DNA of 28,270 bases from a virus (Duplodnaviria > Caudoviricetes): positions 1-28,270 of IMG/VR virus record IMGVR_UViG_3300017913_001575. One strand, given 5' to 3'. Positions 14,985-24,172 of the stretch are shown here, in pieces. The notes below the pieces were generated by a model. It searched no databases. It saw only the letters and a list, made by a program, of their open reading frames with translations, and was not told the origin of the DNA. The translations under genes were made by a program, and so were the position numbers. Numbering within the stretch: position 1 is the first letter of the stretch; each line of letters opens with the position of its first letter.

Positions 14985-16163
14985 ATGGACCAAGTAGTAG
15001 TGGTTGGTATGGGTATGATCGATACGCTGGGTAACAGTGTAGACGAATGCTTTATCAATCTTATATCAGAAAAATATAAAGAGCCAACTCCTTTTGATAC
15101 AAAGCATGAGCACATGCAACATCTCAAGGCTTTTTATGCTCAACGAACAGACTTAAATCATCCTGATTATATTCGTAAACCATTATACAATTCTCTATCA
15201 TATGCTTCAAAGATGGCACTTCATGCTATTGAAGAAGCTACAGCTGGTTTAGAGCTCAATGTTAAAACAACAGCATGTGTGTATACATCTCTAGCATCTA
15301 AACCAGGACTTGATACAGAGTTCTTCCAGGACCACATGGTTCCTGGTAAACGTATGTCCCCTAGAAAGGCAGTACAAGTACTCAAGGACTTTACTGTTGG
15401 ATTCTTGTGTAATGTCTATGGCTATGAAGGAGCTGCATGTGCAATGGATGCAGCTTGTGCTACAGGCTTATACTCGATTGACTATGGTATGCATTTACTA
15501 AGAACCCATGAGGTCGTTGTTGTAGGCGGCGCTGATACACCTGTCAGTAACGATGATATGTTCTACTTCAATGGACTTGGTGCTTTGGGTACGCACTCTG
15601 CACCTTTCGATAAGAATCGTGATGGATTCTTGATGGGTGAAGGCGCTGGAGCTATTGTACTAACAACACAAACGTATGCAGAAAGTAGAGGATGGCCGGT
15701 TATAGCTATTCTCGGACCTGTATATCATGGCAATGATGGATGGAATGGAAATGCAACTGCTCCAGATCCAAATGCAACTGGTTCAACAAGAGCTATGAAG
15801 GGCGTTTATCTTAACTCGGTTCAGAGCGAGATTGCCTTTGTAAATGCTCATGGTACATCGACCCCTATTGGAGATGACTTAGAGTATCAAACAATCCAAA
15901 AGGTGATTGGTAATGTTCCTGTTGTAAGTTTCAAGTCTCAGGTAGGTCATACGTTGGCAGCATCTGCTATCAACGAGACAATCTATACTATTCAGGCTTT
16001 GCGGAACAAAATAGTACCTGCTAACAAGAATATTACTGATTGTGAGCTTGACAACATACACATAAATAACTTAGAGACAGATAAAACCTATGCGATCAAG
16101 AATGCATTTGGTTTTGGTGGTAAATCAAGTTCCTTGTTAGTTGGAGTAGAAGATGATAGCTAG
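14985..16163 (+). CDS. fabF: Beta-ketoacyl-ACP synthase (FabF/FabB-type ketosynthase)
   Basis: VVVVGMG, DAACATG (catalytic Cys), PFDKNRDGFLMGEGAG, NAHGTST (His), KSQVGHT (His), NAFGFGG. RBS GGAG before ATG 14985. Confidence 0.93.
   Translation: MDQVVVVGMGMIDTLGNSVDECFINLISEKYKEPTPFDTKHEHMQHLKAFYAQRTDLNHPDYIRKPLYNSLSYASKMALHAIEEATAGLELNVKTTACVYTSLASKPGLDTEFFQDHMVPGKRMSPRKAVQVLKDFTVGFLCNVYGYEGAACAMDAACATGLYSIDYGMHLLRTHEVVVVGGADTPVSNDDMFYFNGLGALGTHSAPFDKNRDGFLMGEGAGAIVLTTQTYAESRGWPVIAILGPVYHGNDGWNGNATAPDPNATGSTRAMKGVYLNSVQSEIAFVNAHGTSTPIGDDLEYQTIQKVIGNVPVVSFKSQVGHTLAASAINETIYTIQALRNKIVPANKNITDCELDNIHINNLETDKTYAIKNAFGFGGKSSSLLVGVEDDS
16061..16068 (+). promoter_or_regulatory. Candidate T4-type late promoter within fabF
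   Basis: CATAAATA about 85 nt upstream of the desaturase start. It could be a chance match. Confidence 0.3.
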
Positions 16164-16911
16164 ATTGATTGGTATGCATTCAGGCACAGTGCACACATCG
16201 ATCTACATTTTGTTTACAGCTATTACATTTTGGTGGCTCTCGTCACTGGACTTGATCACTATATTTGCATGGTACATATCTGCTCAGATTCTTGTTGGTT
16301 TGCTGACATCTGGTTTCCAACATAGATATTGCTCACATCGCTCATGGCAGCCTCCTAGATGGCTAGAAGTATTTCTTGTATTGACTTCTGCTGGCTTCAT
16401 TATGTCACCATCAATGGCCTATGCTGCATTGCACAGACAGCATCATAGATATGCTGATAGAGATGGTGATCCACATGGATGGTTCAATGGCTTTTGGAAC
16501 AACTTCTTAGTATTCAATAAGAAGCCGCCAATCAAAATGATTCCACGTTGGATGTTCAGAGACAAACTGTATATGTTCCAAGCAAGATTCTATTGGGAAA
16601 TAGCTCTTGTTTATGGACTTACGTTTACACTGCTTGGCCTAGGTCAATGGTGGATATCTATAGTTGCAGCAGGATACTTCCTGCAAGTACTATTGAACCT
16701 TTTAGGACATACCAGAGAGCTGACTACAAGAGACAACAAATGGTTCGCATTCTTCTTCAGTGGTGAGTTGTATCATACATATCATCATACTAAACCTAAC
16801 GAGAAGAAGTTTGGATTAATGGACCCGCCATACTGGCTTATGATAAAATGGTTTGACAATGACATTAAAAGAAGCAAAAGAAATAGTAACAACTTGGGAA
16901 AAACAGCTTGA
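16153..16911 (+). CDS. Membrane fatty acid desaturase (delta-9/DesC-OLE1-like His boxes)
   Basis: HRYCSH, HRQHH...D..GDPH, N.LGH and GE.YHTYHH, plus TM helices. Confidence 0.92.
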   Translation: MIARLIGMHSGTVHTSIYILFTAITFWWLSSLDLITIFAWYISAQILVGLLTSGFQHRYCSHRSWQPPRWLEVFLVLTSAGFIMSPSMAYAALHRQHHRYADRDGDPHGWFNGFWNNFLVFNKKPPIKMIPRWMFRDKLYMFQARFYWEIALVYGLTFTLLGLGQWWISIVAAGYFLQVLLNLLGHTRELTTRDNKWFAFFFSGELYHTYHHTKPNEKKFGLMDPPYWLMIKWFDNDIKRSKRNSNNLGKTA

Positions 16912-16999
16912 CAAATATCCTGAGATGAAGGATAAAGTAGAAGAAGCCAGGACTATCCTGGCAAGACACTATTTAAAAGTATTTCGAAAAATGAGATGA
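16859..16999 (+). CDS. Hypothetical helical protein (46 aa, MTLKEAKEIVTTWEKQLDKYPEM...)
   Basis: Translated by hand. Bridges the desaturase to the next gene with an ATGA overlap. Confidence 0.5.
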   Translation: MTLKEAKEIVTTWEKQLDKYPEMKDKVEEARTILARHYLKVFRKMR

Positions 17000-17940
17000 T
17001 AGTACTACCTGACCTTGCAGAGTTCCCAGATTTCATACGAGAACCCTCAAACACAACTGACCGCATGCCTTACATTGTGGGCCCTATGCTTGAAGCTATT
17101 GAGCAGAATGACTATGATAAGTTCATCTCTGAGTTGGATCTTGAAGATGTGGAATGGGTTCGTAGACTGAAGCACTTCTTTGACTTCTATCAGACCTGGG
17201 AACGCCCAGACTATAATGTCAAAGAGATGTATGATGGTTTGTATGTAACTCGTGGTGATATTGAATCGCTACGTACAGCTGTTCAACCTGTGGTAGATCA
17301 GCTATTGAAGCAGCCAGACCATACGCCCGAGATTGGTAGGTTTGATAGGTTTCAACAACTGCCAGAGTTGTGTTCTCAGGTGCACAATTACTTTGAGCAG
17401 TTGGATATCATCGAGATGGCTAGCGCCTATAATAGACGTTCTATGACGGTTGCAAACGTTGTTCTACATGTAGCAACCCCTACTGATCAGAATTGGAAAC
17501 AGTTCTTACAGGATGCTACTACAACTCCCAAGTACACAAATACACACATTGATCCAAAAGAAGATGTTGTGAAAGCAATGATTTATCTTAACGATGTGGA
17601 CACAACTAATGGTGCATTCCATTATGTAAAGGGGTCAAATCGTGAAGAGATCCATCCAGTACAGAATATCTTTGGTAGAGCGATTACAACAGGCTCATAC
17701 TGTCACAACCCAGAGTCTCGCAGAACAGTATTCAAACTACCGCATGGGTTAAGAGTGTCCCACAACTTTGGCCGCCAGGTTATGCCAGGGACTCAATGGG
17801 AACACTATTTAGATCAGAATCTGAAACCAGTAACAAGTGAAGAAGGCAATATCATGGTGTTCGATCCAGGTGCAGGTATCCATCAAGGTGGTATCTGTGA
17901 AACAGGAACGAGACTGGCACTACAGATATTGATGAAGTAA
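16996..17940 (+). CDS. Phytanoyl-CoA dioxygenase-like (PhyH) 2OG-Fe(II) oxygenase
   Basis: HID, KAMIYLNDV...NGAFHYVKGS, GNIMVFD...IHQGG, RLALQ. Confidence 0.8.
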   Translation: MIVLPDLAEFPDFIREPSNTTDRMPYIVGPMLEAIEQNDYDKFISELDLEDVEWVRRLKHFFDFYQTWERPDYNVKEMYDGLYVTRGDIESLRTAVQPVVDQLLKQPDHTPEIGRFDRFQQLPELCSQVHNYFEQLDIIEMASAYNRRSMTVANVVLHVATPTDQNWKQFLQDATTTPKYTNTHIDPKEDVVKAMIYLNDVDTTNGAFHYVKGSNREEIHPVQNIFGRAITTGSYCHNPESRRTVFKLPHGLRVSHNFGRQVMPGTQWEHYLDQNLKPVTSEEGNIMVFDPGAGIHQGGICETGTRLALQILMK

Positions 17941-18644
17941 TGCAACTATCCCAAGAAGTTCTCCAAAAGAGAGTATTCAATCAACAAGTATATGACCTAC
18001 ATGCACGTGAGTTTATGTTAGGACAGACAGCAAAGTATGTACATTCCATGCATACAGTGCTTGATATCGGTGCTGCGACTGGTATGTATACCTCATTCTG
18101 GGCACAGAAAGCTGCACGAGTACATTCGTTTGAAGCTGTTCCAGACGTGTATAAACAGCTAGAGAAGGTTAAAGAGCGCTTTGAGAACGTAGTAACGTAT
18201 AACAAGGCAGTAGGAAAAGAGAGCGGCTCAGCAACGTTCTATGTCGATGATAAACGTCTTTCTAACAGCGGATTCACGGATCTTGTTGACGGTATTCCAA
18301 TTGAAGTAGATGTGGTCTCTGTGGATGATTTAGATCTGAAGGATATTGGTTTCATTAAGATTGATGTTGAAGGTCATGAATTGGATGTGCTGAATGGTGC
18401 TGTTAACACTATTGAACGCGATCGTCCTGTATGTATGGTTGAGGTGTATCCTAAGTTCAATCAAGGACCAGTAGCTGCAACATTTGATTGGTTCTTTGAC
18501 CGTGATTATACTGCATTCTATAATGTCCGTGGTGTAGGTCTAACTGAGCTTACAGGTACGATTGATGGTGTCAATGTAGCCTCGGATGAAACTATGATCC
18601 AAAAGCATGATGGTGACTTCTTATTTGTTCCGAGGGAACGCTAA
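17940..18644 (+). CDS. FkbM-family methyltransferase
   Basis: VLDIGAATG, VHSFEA, IGFIKIDVEGHELDVLNGA..TI...RP..MVE. Confidence 0.92.
   Translation: MQLSQEVLQKRVFNQQVYDLHAREFMLGQTAKYVHSMHTVLDIGAATGMYTSFWAQKAARVHSFEAVPDVYKQLEKVKERFENVVTYNKAVGKESGSATFYVDDKRLSNSGFTDLVDGIPIEVDVVSVDDLDLKDIGFIKIDVEGHELDVLNGAVNTIERDRPVCMVEVYPKFNQGPVAATFDWFFDRDYTAFYNVRGVGLTELTGTIDGVNVASDETMIQKHDGDFLFVPRER
18496..18524 (+). promoter_or_regulatory. Candidate intragenic sigma70 promoter upstream of the sulfotransferase
   Basis: TTGACC 18496-18501, 17 bp, TATAAT 18519-18524. Confidence 0.45.
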
Positions 18645-19234
18645 TGGCTATGATACTAAAACACAGCATGTTCATTCACATTCCTAAATGTGGAGGACGA
18701 TGGACTAAGGCTATGCTTGAGCAGCATGCTGGTGCTCGGCATTGCGGTGATCCAATATATGACTCACATGACACACCTGATTACGATGGTCCTGTGTTCT
18801 GTATTGTAAGAGAACCAGCAACATTTGCACATAGTCTTTGGCATCATAGAGCCAAGAAGAAGTCAAACAAGTTTGGACATAAGTTCAATTGGCAGGAGTA
18901 TATTCGCCTAGAGAACGAGTGTCAGAGTGAAGATTACAATGAGTTTATGAACAATGTAGCTAATAATAAGAACGCTGTATGGGACTATTATCAGCATTAC
19001 ATTGGTAAATATGAAACCGTCTGGTATGCTAGAATGGAAAATATGGCAGAAGACCTTGTTGACATTTTAGGTAAATTAGGCGAGAGTACAAACTTCGCAG
19101 GGTTCCTAGCTGAATCAGATAGAGTGATTGGTAAGGGAACCAACAACGATGCTGTAGAAATGGATCTACGGCTTAGAATCAATAACGCTAACGCAGAATT
19201 CTGCAGAACATTTGGATATATGTTAAATGGGTAA
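18644..19234 (+). CDS. Sulfotransferase family protein
   Basis: FIHIPKCGG (5'-PSB), FCIVREP....S.W (3'-PB), RMENMAEDL. Confidence 0.8.
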   Translation: MAMILKHSMFIHIPKCGGRWTKAMLEQHAGARHCGDPIYDSHDTPDYDGPVFCIVREPATFAHSLWHHRAKKKSNKFGHKFNWQEYIRLENECQSEDYNEFMNNVANNKNAVWDYYQHYIGKYETVWYARMENMAEDLVDILGKLGESTNFAGFLAESDRVIGKGTNNDAVEMDLRLRINNANAEFCRTFGYMLNG

Positions 19235-19493
19235 AGGTAAAAAGAGTAAGAGTAGTGGTGTATCTTCTAAAGGTGAACGCCGCAATGTAAGTAAGAAGAC
19301 TAAGAACTTGCAACGTAGAGAGTATATGAATTCATTACAACGCAATGTCAATCAGATGGAAGCATTTGCAAAAGGTAAGCGTGTTATGCTTACAGTGCCT
19401 AACCCTAATAAGAATGAAACCAACAAACGGTTCATTCGTATTGCAGCTGAGGAGTATATGCAGCGTCCAGGAGATAGGTATATTATCAAATGA
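19227..19493 (+). CDS. Conserved basic hypothetical protein of T4-like phages
   Basis: SKGERRNVS...AFAKGKRVMLTVPNPNKNETNKRFIR. Confidence 0.75.
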   Translation: MGKGKKSKSSGVSSKGERRNVSKKTKNLQRREYMNSLQRNVNQMEAFAKGKRVMLTVPNPNKNETNKRFIRIAAEEYMQRPGDRYIIK

Positions 19494-19732
19494 GGAATCA
19501 ACCATACATTCGCGTGTTTACAAAGAACGATTGTCCGTTCTGCGTACAAGCTAAACAACTATTGCAAAACAAGGGATACACTTATACCGAGTTCGTCATT
19601 GGTGAAGACATTGACAGAGATGACTTTGTCTCTGCATTTCCGAAGGTAAAGACTGTCCCTCATATTATTATTGGTAACAATCAGATCGGTGGATACAAAC
19701 AGCTAGCCGAGATGCTAGGAGAAGAAATATAA
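19490..19732 (+). CDS. nrdC: Glutaredoxin
   Basis: CPFC, TVP, IGGY. Confidence 0.92.
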   Translation: MRNQPYIRVFTKNDCPFCVQAKQLLQNKGYTYTEFVIGEDIDRDDFVSAFPKVKTVPHIIIGNNQIGGYKQLAEMLGEEI

Positions 19733-20754
19733 TGGCTAAATTGAACATTACAGATGATGCTAAGTGGGAAGCAGCAAGGAAAGACCTTGAAGAAGCTCTC
19801 GAAGGTGAAGAGTTTGCATTTGAGTCTAATGAGCTCAATGAGAATGCAAACGGTGGTACAGAGATGATGCAACGAGCATTGGCTGCTCGTTTGGATCCTG
19901 AGCTGTTGAATCAGTATCAGATTATTGCGTCTCGTGTACGTGATATTGATCCAGATAAGAAGACTATTCTCTGGCTGCATGATATGTTCAACGATCCAGA
20001 AGTACAACATCTGAAAGATGGTGGCTGGGAAAATTTTGATAAGTTGGTATACGTATCTCACTGGCAGAAGTCAACATATGAGATGGGTCTTGGTATTCCT
20101 TCGTCTGCAGGTATTGTTCTGCAGAATGCTATCGAGCCATTTGATGGTGAGATTGAGAAGCCGAAAGACCGTATCAATCTGATCTATCACACCACTCCTC
20201 ATCGTGGTCTAGAACTGCTATGGCCGGCGTATGAAGCGCTGTCAAAGGAATATGGTGATAAGATCCATCTGGATGTATTCTCGTCATTTGAGGCGTATGG
20301 ATGGCCTCAGAGAGACGAACCTTACAAGGAATTGTTCGAAGCATTGGATAATCATGAGCATGTAACATATCATGGTTATCAGCCGAATGAAGTGGTCAGA
20401 GAAGCTCTGAAGAAAGCACACATCTTTGCTTATCCTAGCATCTGGCCTGAGACTTCATGTATCGCTGCAATTGAGGCGATGGCAGCAGGATGTATCACAG
20501 TAACATCTACTCTTGCTGCACTTCCTGAAACATGCGCCAACTTTGCATGGTTGTACAACTTTGATGAAAGCGAAAATAGACATGCTAATGTACACTTCGG
20601 TATGCTGAAAGCTGCTATTGATGGATACTGGAATGATGATGTACAAACCAATCTTTATAACCAGCGGGCTTATTTCAATCTGTGGTACAATTGGAACTTC
20701 CGCCAACGTCAATGGGAAGGATTGTTAAATGGCTTACTTCAACAAACCAATTGA
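19732..20754 (+). CDS. Glycosyltransferase, GT-B (GT4-like)
   Basis: GGTE, LWLHD, VSHWQ, PHRGLE, YPSIWPETSCIAAIEAMAAG (Ex7E). Confidence 0.9.
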   Translation: MAKLNITDDAKWEAARKDLEEALEGEEFAFESNELNENANGGTEMMQRALAARLDPELLNQYQIIASRVRDIDPDKKTILWLHDMFNDPEVQHLKDGGWENFDKLVYVSHWQKSTYEMGLGIPSSAGIVLQNAIEPFDGEIEKPKDRINLIYHTTPHRGLELLWPAYEALSKEYGDKIHLDVFSSFEAYGWPQRDEPYKELFEALDNHEHVTYHGYQPNEVVREALKKAHIFAYPSIWPETSCIAAIEAMAAGCITVTSTLAALPETCANFAWLYNFDESENRHANVHFGMLKAAIDGYWNDDVQTNLYNQRAYFNLWYNWNFRQRQWEGLLNGLLQQTN

Positions 20755-20986
20755 GTTCGTGCCTCCTAAGGACGAAAAGGATCGTGCTCAGATCTATTCT
20801 GATGCATATAAACTCAAAGAATGTATCAATTCATGGTCAGAGTTTGATTTGCTCAGAGCCTACAAAGATATCCGTGAATGTATTGAGTTAGTGACTGAAG
20901 ATGTTAATTCAGATCTACAACATGATACTTTGCAACGTGCTTTGATGAACTTAGACAAGATTTTTATGACAAACAAAGATGGCTAA
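20729..20986 (+). CDS. Hypothetical protein
   Basis: AAGGA RBS and short overlaps on both sides. Confidence 0.65.
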   Translation: MAYFNKPIEFVPPKDEKDRAQIYSDAYKLKECINSWSEFDLLRAYKDIRECIELVTEDVNSDLQHDTLQRALMNLDKIFMTNKDG

Positions 20987-21371
20987 ACGTAAACTATCTG
21001 ATGAACAACGAGAGGCTAATATAGCCAGACTTAAAGCGGCTACTGAAAAACGTATGGCAGCTGCTGGTAAACCAGCCAATGTTCATCAGACGGTTTATGA
21101 TCTTGATGATGAACACTACCTTTCATATAAGAAAGTTAGAGCATGGATCAAAGCTAATAAAGAGCAGCTACCAATTCTTCGTAGAGCTGTTAGACAAAAT
21201 GTTAAAGGTTCAAATGCGGAGTTGGCTAGTGTTTCAGCATATATTAGACATCTTGAATGGTATCTTCGGACGGGTGATTATATCGATGACTTCTACGGAG
21301 AGAACCAAGAGCACAAAATTAAGTGGAAAACAATTAGAGAAGCATATGACGAAGACGGTTGTGTCAAGTAA
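20979..21371 (+). CDS. Conserved hypothetical protein of T4-like phages
   Basis: Basic N-terminus, then LS.K.V..WI, YLRTGD..D.FYGE. Confidence 0.75.
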   Translation: MAKRKLSDEQREANIARLKAATEKRMAAAGKPANVHQTVYDLDDEHYLSYKKVRAWIKANKEQLPILRRAVRQNVKGSNAELASVSAYIRHLEWYLRTGDYIDDFYGENQEHKIKWKTIREAYDEDGCVK

Positions 21372-21374
21372 TAC

Positions 21375-21382
21375 CATAAATA
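21375..21382 (+). promoter_or_regulatory. T4-type late promoter
   Basis: Intergenic CATAAATA (T4 consensus TATAAATA) 5 nt upstream of ATG 21388. Confidence 0.55.
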
Positions 21383-21387
21383 CAGAT

Positions 21388-21771
21388 ATGGGTAACATTA
21401 TAAAATTCCCCACATCTAAAATAAAGCATACTCATCCAGAGATTACTGACGCTGATCGTGATCTGCTTTTGCTCAGAGAAAAGATTAATGTGATTGAGAC
21501 GTCTTTAGAGTACGTCACAACAGAAGCTGTTGCTATGGTTCATAGGCTTGGCTTTGACATCACACGTGAAGATTATGTTAAAGATGTTACATTAATTGTT
21601 GACTCTATTCGTGGTCTAATGTACCGTTCAAGTGGGTTAGAATACCCTATCCATAAATGGGTAGATGAATCTTATACCATGTCTGAAGATGGTGAGTATG
21701 CATTTAATCCCAATTGGTTTGATGAAAAAGGTGAATTGATTACTAGTGAAGACAGTAATCAAGAAGATTAA
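21388..21771 (+). CDS. Hypothetical protein (MGNIIKFP...)
   Basis: The NIIKFP N-terminus is typical of phage proteins. The ORF-track start at 21079 overlaps the upstream gene and is rejected. Confidence 0.75.
   Translation: MGNIIKFPTSKIKHTHPEITDADRDLLLLREKINVIETSLEYVTTEAVAMVHRLGFDITREDYVKDVTLIVDSIRGLMYRSSGLEYPIHKWVDESYTMSEDGEYAFNPNWFDEKGELITSEDSNQED
21598..21627 (+). promoter_or_regulatory. Candidate intragenic promoter for rnh
   Basis: GTTGACT (TTGACT 21599-21604), 17 bp, TACCGT 21622-21627. Confidence 0.3.
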
Positions 21772-22649
21772 TGGCTATATTATTGGACTATTCCCAAGTC
21801 GCTATCAGTAGCATTATGGGACAAGTAAACAGTAGACATTTCAACGGTGAGGTCAATGTTGATCTTATTCGTCATATGATTCTCAATGGCATTAGACATT
21901 ACAATGTCGAGTTCGGTGAGAAGTATGGTGACATTGTTATTTGTTGTGATGATAAGAACTACTGGCGTAAGGATATCTTTCCTTACTACAAAGCCAATCG
22001 TAAGGCAGATCGTGAAGCATCTGATTATGATTGGAAAATGATCTTCGAGTGTCTTGAGACAGTCAAGGACGAGCTACGTCAATACTTTCCGTACAAAGTT
22101 ATTCAGGTAGAACGTGCAGAAGCAGATGATCTAATTGCAACTCTTGTAAAGTATCATGCTTCTCCTCTCGAAGGTGGTTTTGCTTTTGAACCTTGTATCA
22201 TTATCTCTGGTGATAAGGACTTCATTCAGCTTCACAAGTGGGGAGATACTGCTCAGTGGTCTCCTGTACAGAGTAAATGGGTTCGTGGTAACCCAGATAA
22301 ATATCTTCGTGAACATATCTTAAAAGGTGATCGTGGTGATGGTATTCCTAACATTCTATCCAAAGATGATACATTCGTATCAGGAGGACGTCAGACTCCG
22401 CTTCGCCAGAAAAAGATTGACGAAATATTGAACGACCTCGATGATGGTGAGTTGCTGTATGCAGCTAGCTGGTATGGTGGTTATTGTAGGAATGAACAGT
22501 TGATTGACTTAGAAAAGATTCCAACAGAAATCAAACATAAAGTTGTTGAGACATATCGCTCAGCATCTGATGGTGATCGTTCAAAGATGTTTAACTACTT
22601 CGTAGATAACGGTCTAACAATTCTAATGCAAAGTATTAAGGAATTTTAA
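21771..22649 (+). CDS. rnh: T4-like RNase H (5'-3' exonuclease / flap endonuclease)
   Basis: LLDYSQ, RHMILN, YWRKD.FPYYKANR, AEADDLIA, IISGDKDFIQL, KGDRGDGIPN. Confidence 0.95.
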   Translation: MAILLDYSQVAISSIMGQVNSRHFNGEVNVDLIRHMILNGIRHYNVEFGEKYGDIVICCDDKNYWRKDIFPYYKANRKADREASDYDWKMIFECLETVKDELRQYFPYKVIQVERAEADDLIATLVKYHASPLEGGFAFEPCIIISGDKDFIQLHKWGDTAQWSPVQSKWVRGNPDKYLREHILKGDRGDGIPNILSKDDTFVSGGRQTPLRQKKIDEILNDLDDGELLYAASWYGGYCRNEQLIDLEKIPTEIKHKVVETYRSASDGDRSKMFNYFVDNGLTILMQSIKEF

Positions 22650-22650
22650 A

Positions 22651-23070
22651 ATGAAATTGTCTATTGCAGAAATCCTTCAACGTAGTGCTGGTGGCGACAA
22701 AGTTAATGGCAAAGCCAAACTGCTTCAAAAGTATGATAGTCCTACTTTGAGAAAGATTCTCAAGTATGCTTTTAGTGAGAAAATCACATTCAACCATATG
22801 CCTCCTGGTGCCCCTCCATACAAACCGAATGCTCTCAATGATGTAGAGAATGTTCTGTTTGCAGAGACACGTCGCTTGTATCTGTTTATTGATGGTGGTA
22901 ATCCTGATCTCAAACGTCTGCGTAAAGAGACACTGTTCATCGAGCTGCTCGAGAACGTCGACTCTCGTGATGCAGAAGTCCTGATTGCTATGAAGGACAA
23001 GAGGATGCCAGAGTTTGCCAAAGGTATTACTAAGGCTGTAGTCAAGAAAGCATTTCCAGGTCTAGTATGA
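22651..23070 (+). CDS. Conserved hypothetical protein found next to rnh in T4-like phages
   Basis: L..IL..AF...I.F..P.G.PPYKPN, RRLY.F..GG, KETLFI.LLE, AFPGL. Confidence 0.8.
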   Translation: MKLSIAEILQRSAGGDKVNGKAKLLQKYDSPTLRKILKYAFSEKITFNHMPPGAPPYKPNALNDVENVLFAETRRLYLFIDGGNPDLKRLRKETLFIELLENVDSRDAEVLIAMKDKRMPEFAKGITKAVVKKAFPGLV

Positions 23071-23615
23071 TTGAGGTAATCGATAGTTACCTGCCAGGTC
23101 ATGAATGGAAGGACTTGTATGAGCGAGTCTTTACCGTTTTTGATAACCAGCTTATTGAGACTAAACTGAGTTTACCTTGGTATTATTCACCAGATATTGC
23201 TGAAGATGGTGACAAGACAACGTCTACAGGTTACTTTGTTCATAAATTGCTTGATAGTGAGAAATACAAATCTGAACACTATGAGATTTGGATGGACAAA
23301 CTATTTGATCGTTTGGACCTAGATGAATATAAAACTCTATTTCGAGCCAAGATCAATTTCTATCCAAGGACCACTAAACTCGAATCTCATGGGTTTCATA
23401 TCGATATTGGCAACAAAGATGGAAGTAGTATAGATCATATGAATGCTGTATACTATCTTAATGATTGCAATGGGTTTACAGAGTTTGAAGATGGATCTAG
23501 AATAGCTAGTAAAGCCAATCGTATAGTTATCTTCCACGGAGATATGAAGCATAGAAGTACTTCTTGTACTGACGCACCCGCTAGAGTTTCAATTAATATG
23601 AATATTTTACCATGA
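23067..23615 (+). CDS. 2OG-Fe(II) oxygenase
   Basis: PWYY, RAKIN.YP, FHID, YYLNDCNGFTEFEDG, NR.VIF.G...H.ST, RVSIN. Confidence 0.85.
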   Translation: MIEVIDSYLPGHEWKDLYERVFTVFDNQLIETKLSLPWYYSPDIAEDGDKTTSTGYFVHKLLDSEKYKSEHYEIWMDKLFDRLDLDEYKTLFRAKINFYPRTTKLESHGFHIDIGNKDGSSIDHMNAVYYLNDCNGFTEFEDGSRIASKANRIVIFHGDMKHRSTSCTDAPARVSINMNILP

Positions 23616-24172
23616 TGGATGTATTAGTTTGTAATGGCCCTTCAAGACAGGGCTTTGATTTGAAGAGATTAGAAGGCCATAACGTGTATGGCTGTAACAT
23701 TGTTGCATTGGAATTTAATGTAGCAAGAAGTATTGTTATTGATCACCCCGTGAAGGATGAGCTGGTGGAGAATGGTATCGATGAGGACACCATCATTCTT
23801 GCGGAGGGTGAAGATCAATATGAACCAGCTGAGAAGCCAGGACCAAGATATAAGAACAATGCAGGTGTCTTTGGTCTTCGTAAGATGGTTGAGCATGGAT
23901 GTAAGAAGATTTATATCCTTGGGATGGACTGCATGCTAGAGGATGGTGACTTCCTTGGCAATGTATATTTCGGTAAGAAGAACTTTCCTGCTAAGGTATC
24001 ATTTGATGATCAGAAACGTCGATTATCTTATCTTGATTGGTTCTGCTCACAACATCCTAATGTAAAGTTTGTAATAGTTATACCAGATGATGCTAAGCGC
24101 TTTGCCACAGTACGGTCTAAGAACTTAGTAGGTTTAAGATATAGTAGCTTTGAGGAAAGAATCGATGCCTAA
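23612..24172 (+). CDS. Hypothetical protein with MptE / sialyltransferase-like Rossmann pattern
   Basis: VCNGPSR, VYGCN, KIYILGMD, NVYFG. Confidence 0.6.
   Translation: MMDVLVCNGPSRQGFDLKRLEGHNVYGCNIVALEFNVARSIVIDHPVKDELVENGIDEDTIILAEGEDQYEPAEKPGPRYKNNAGVFGLRKMVEHGCKKIYILGMDCMLEDGDFLGNVYFGKKNFPAKVSFDDQKRRLSYLDWFCSQHPNVKFVIVIPDDAKRFATVRSKNLVGLRYSSFEERIDA

Noticed and set aside
16908-16936. TTGACA-17-GATAAA promoter-like site
   Set aside because: It matches the GAT class but lacks the T at -7 and lies in coding sequence, so it is too weak to call.
14766-16999. Small ORFs flanking fabF and the desaturase as candidate acyl carrier proteins
   Set aside because: They are too short (58 and 46 aa) and lack the G.DS(L) phosphopantetheine motif.
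19058-19087. GTTGACA-17-GAGAGT promoter-like site in the sulfotransferase
   Set aside because: The -35 context is good but the -10 is poor, so it cannot be separated from chance.
22296-22303. GATAAATA late-promoter-like motif inside rnh
   Set aside because: It lies in a conserved coding region about 350 nt from the next start and is expected by chance in AT-rich DNA.
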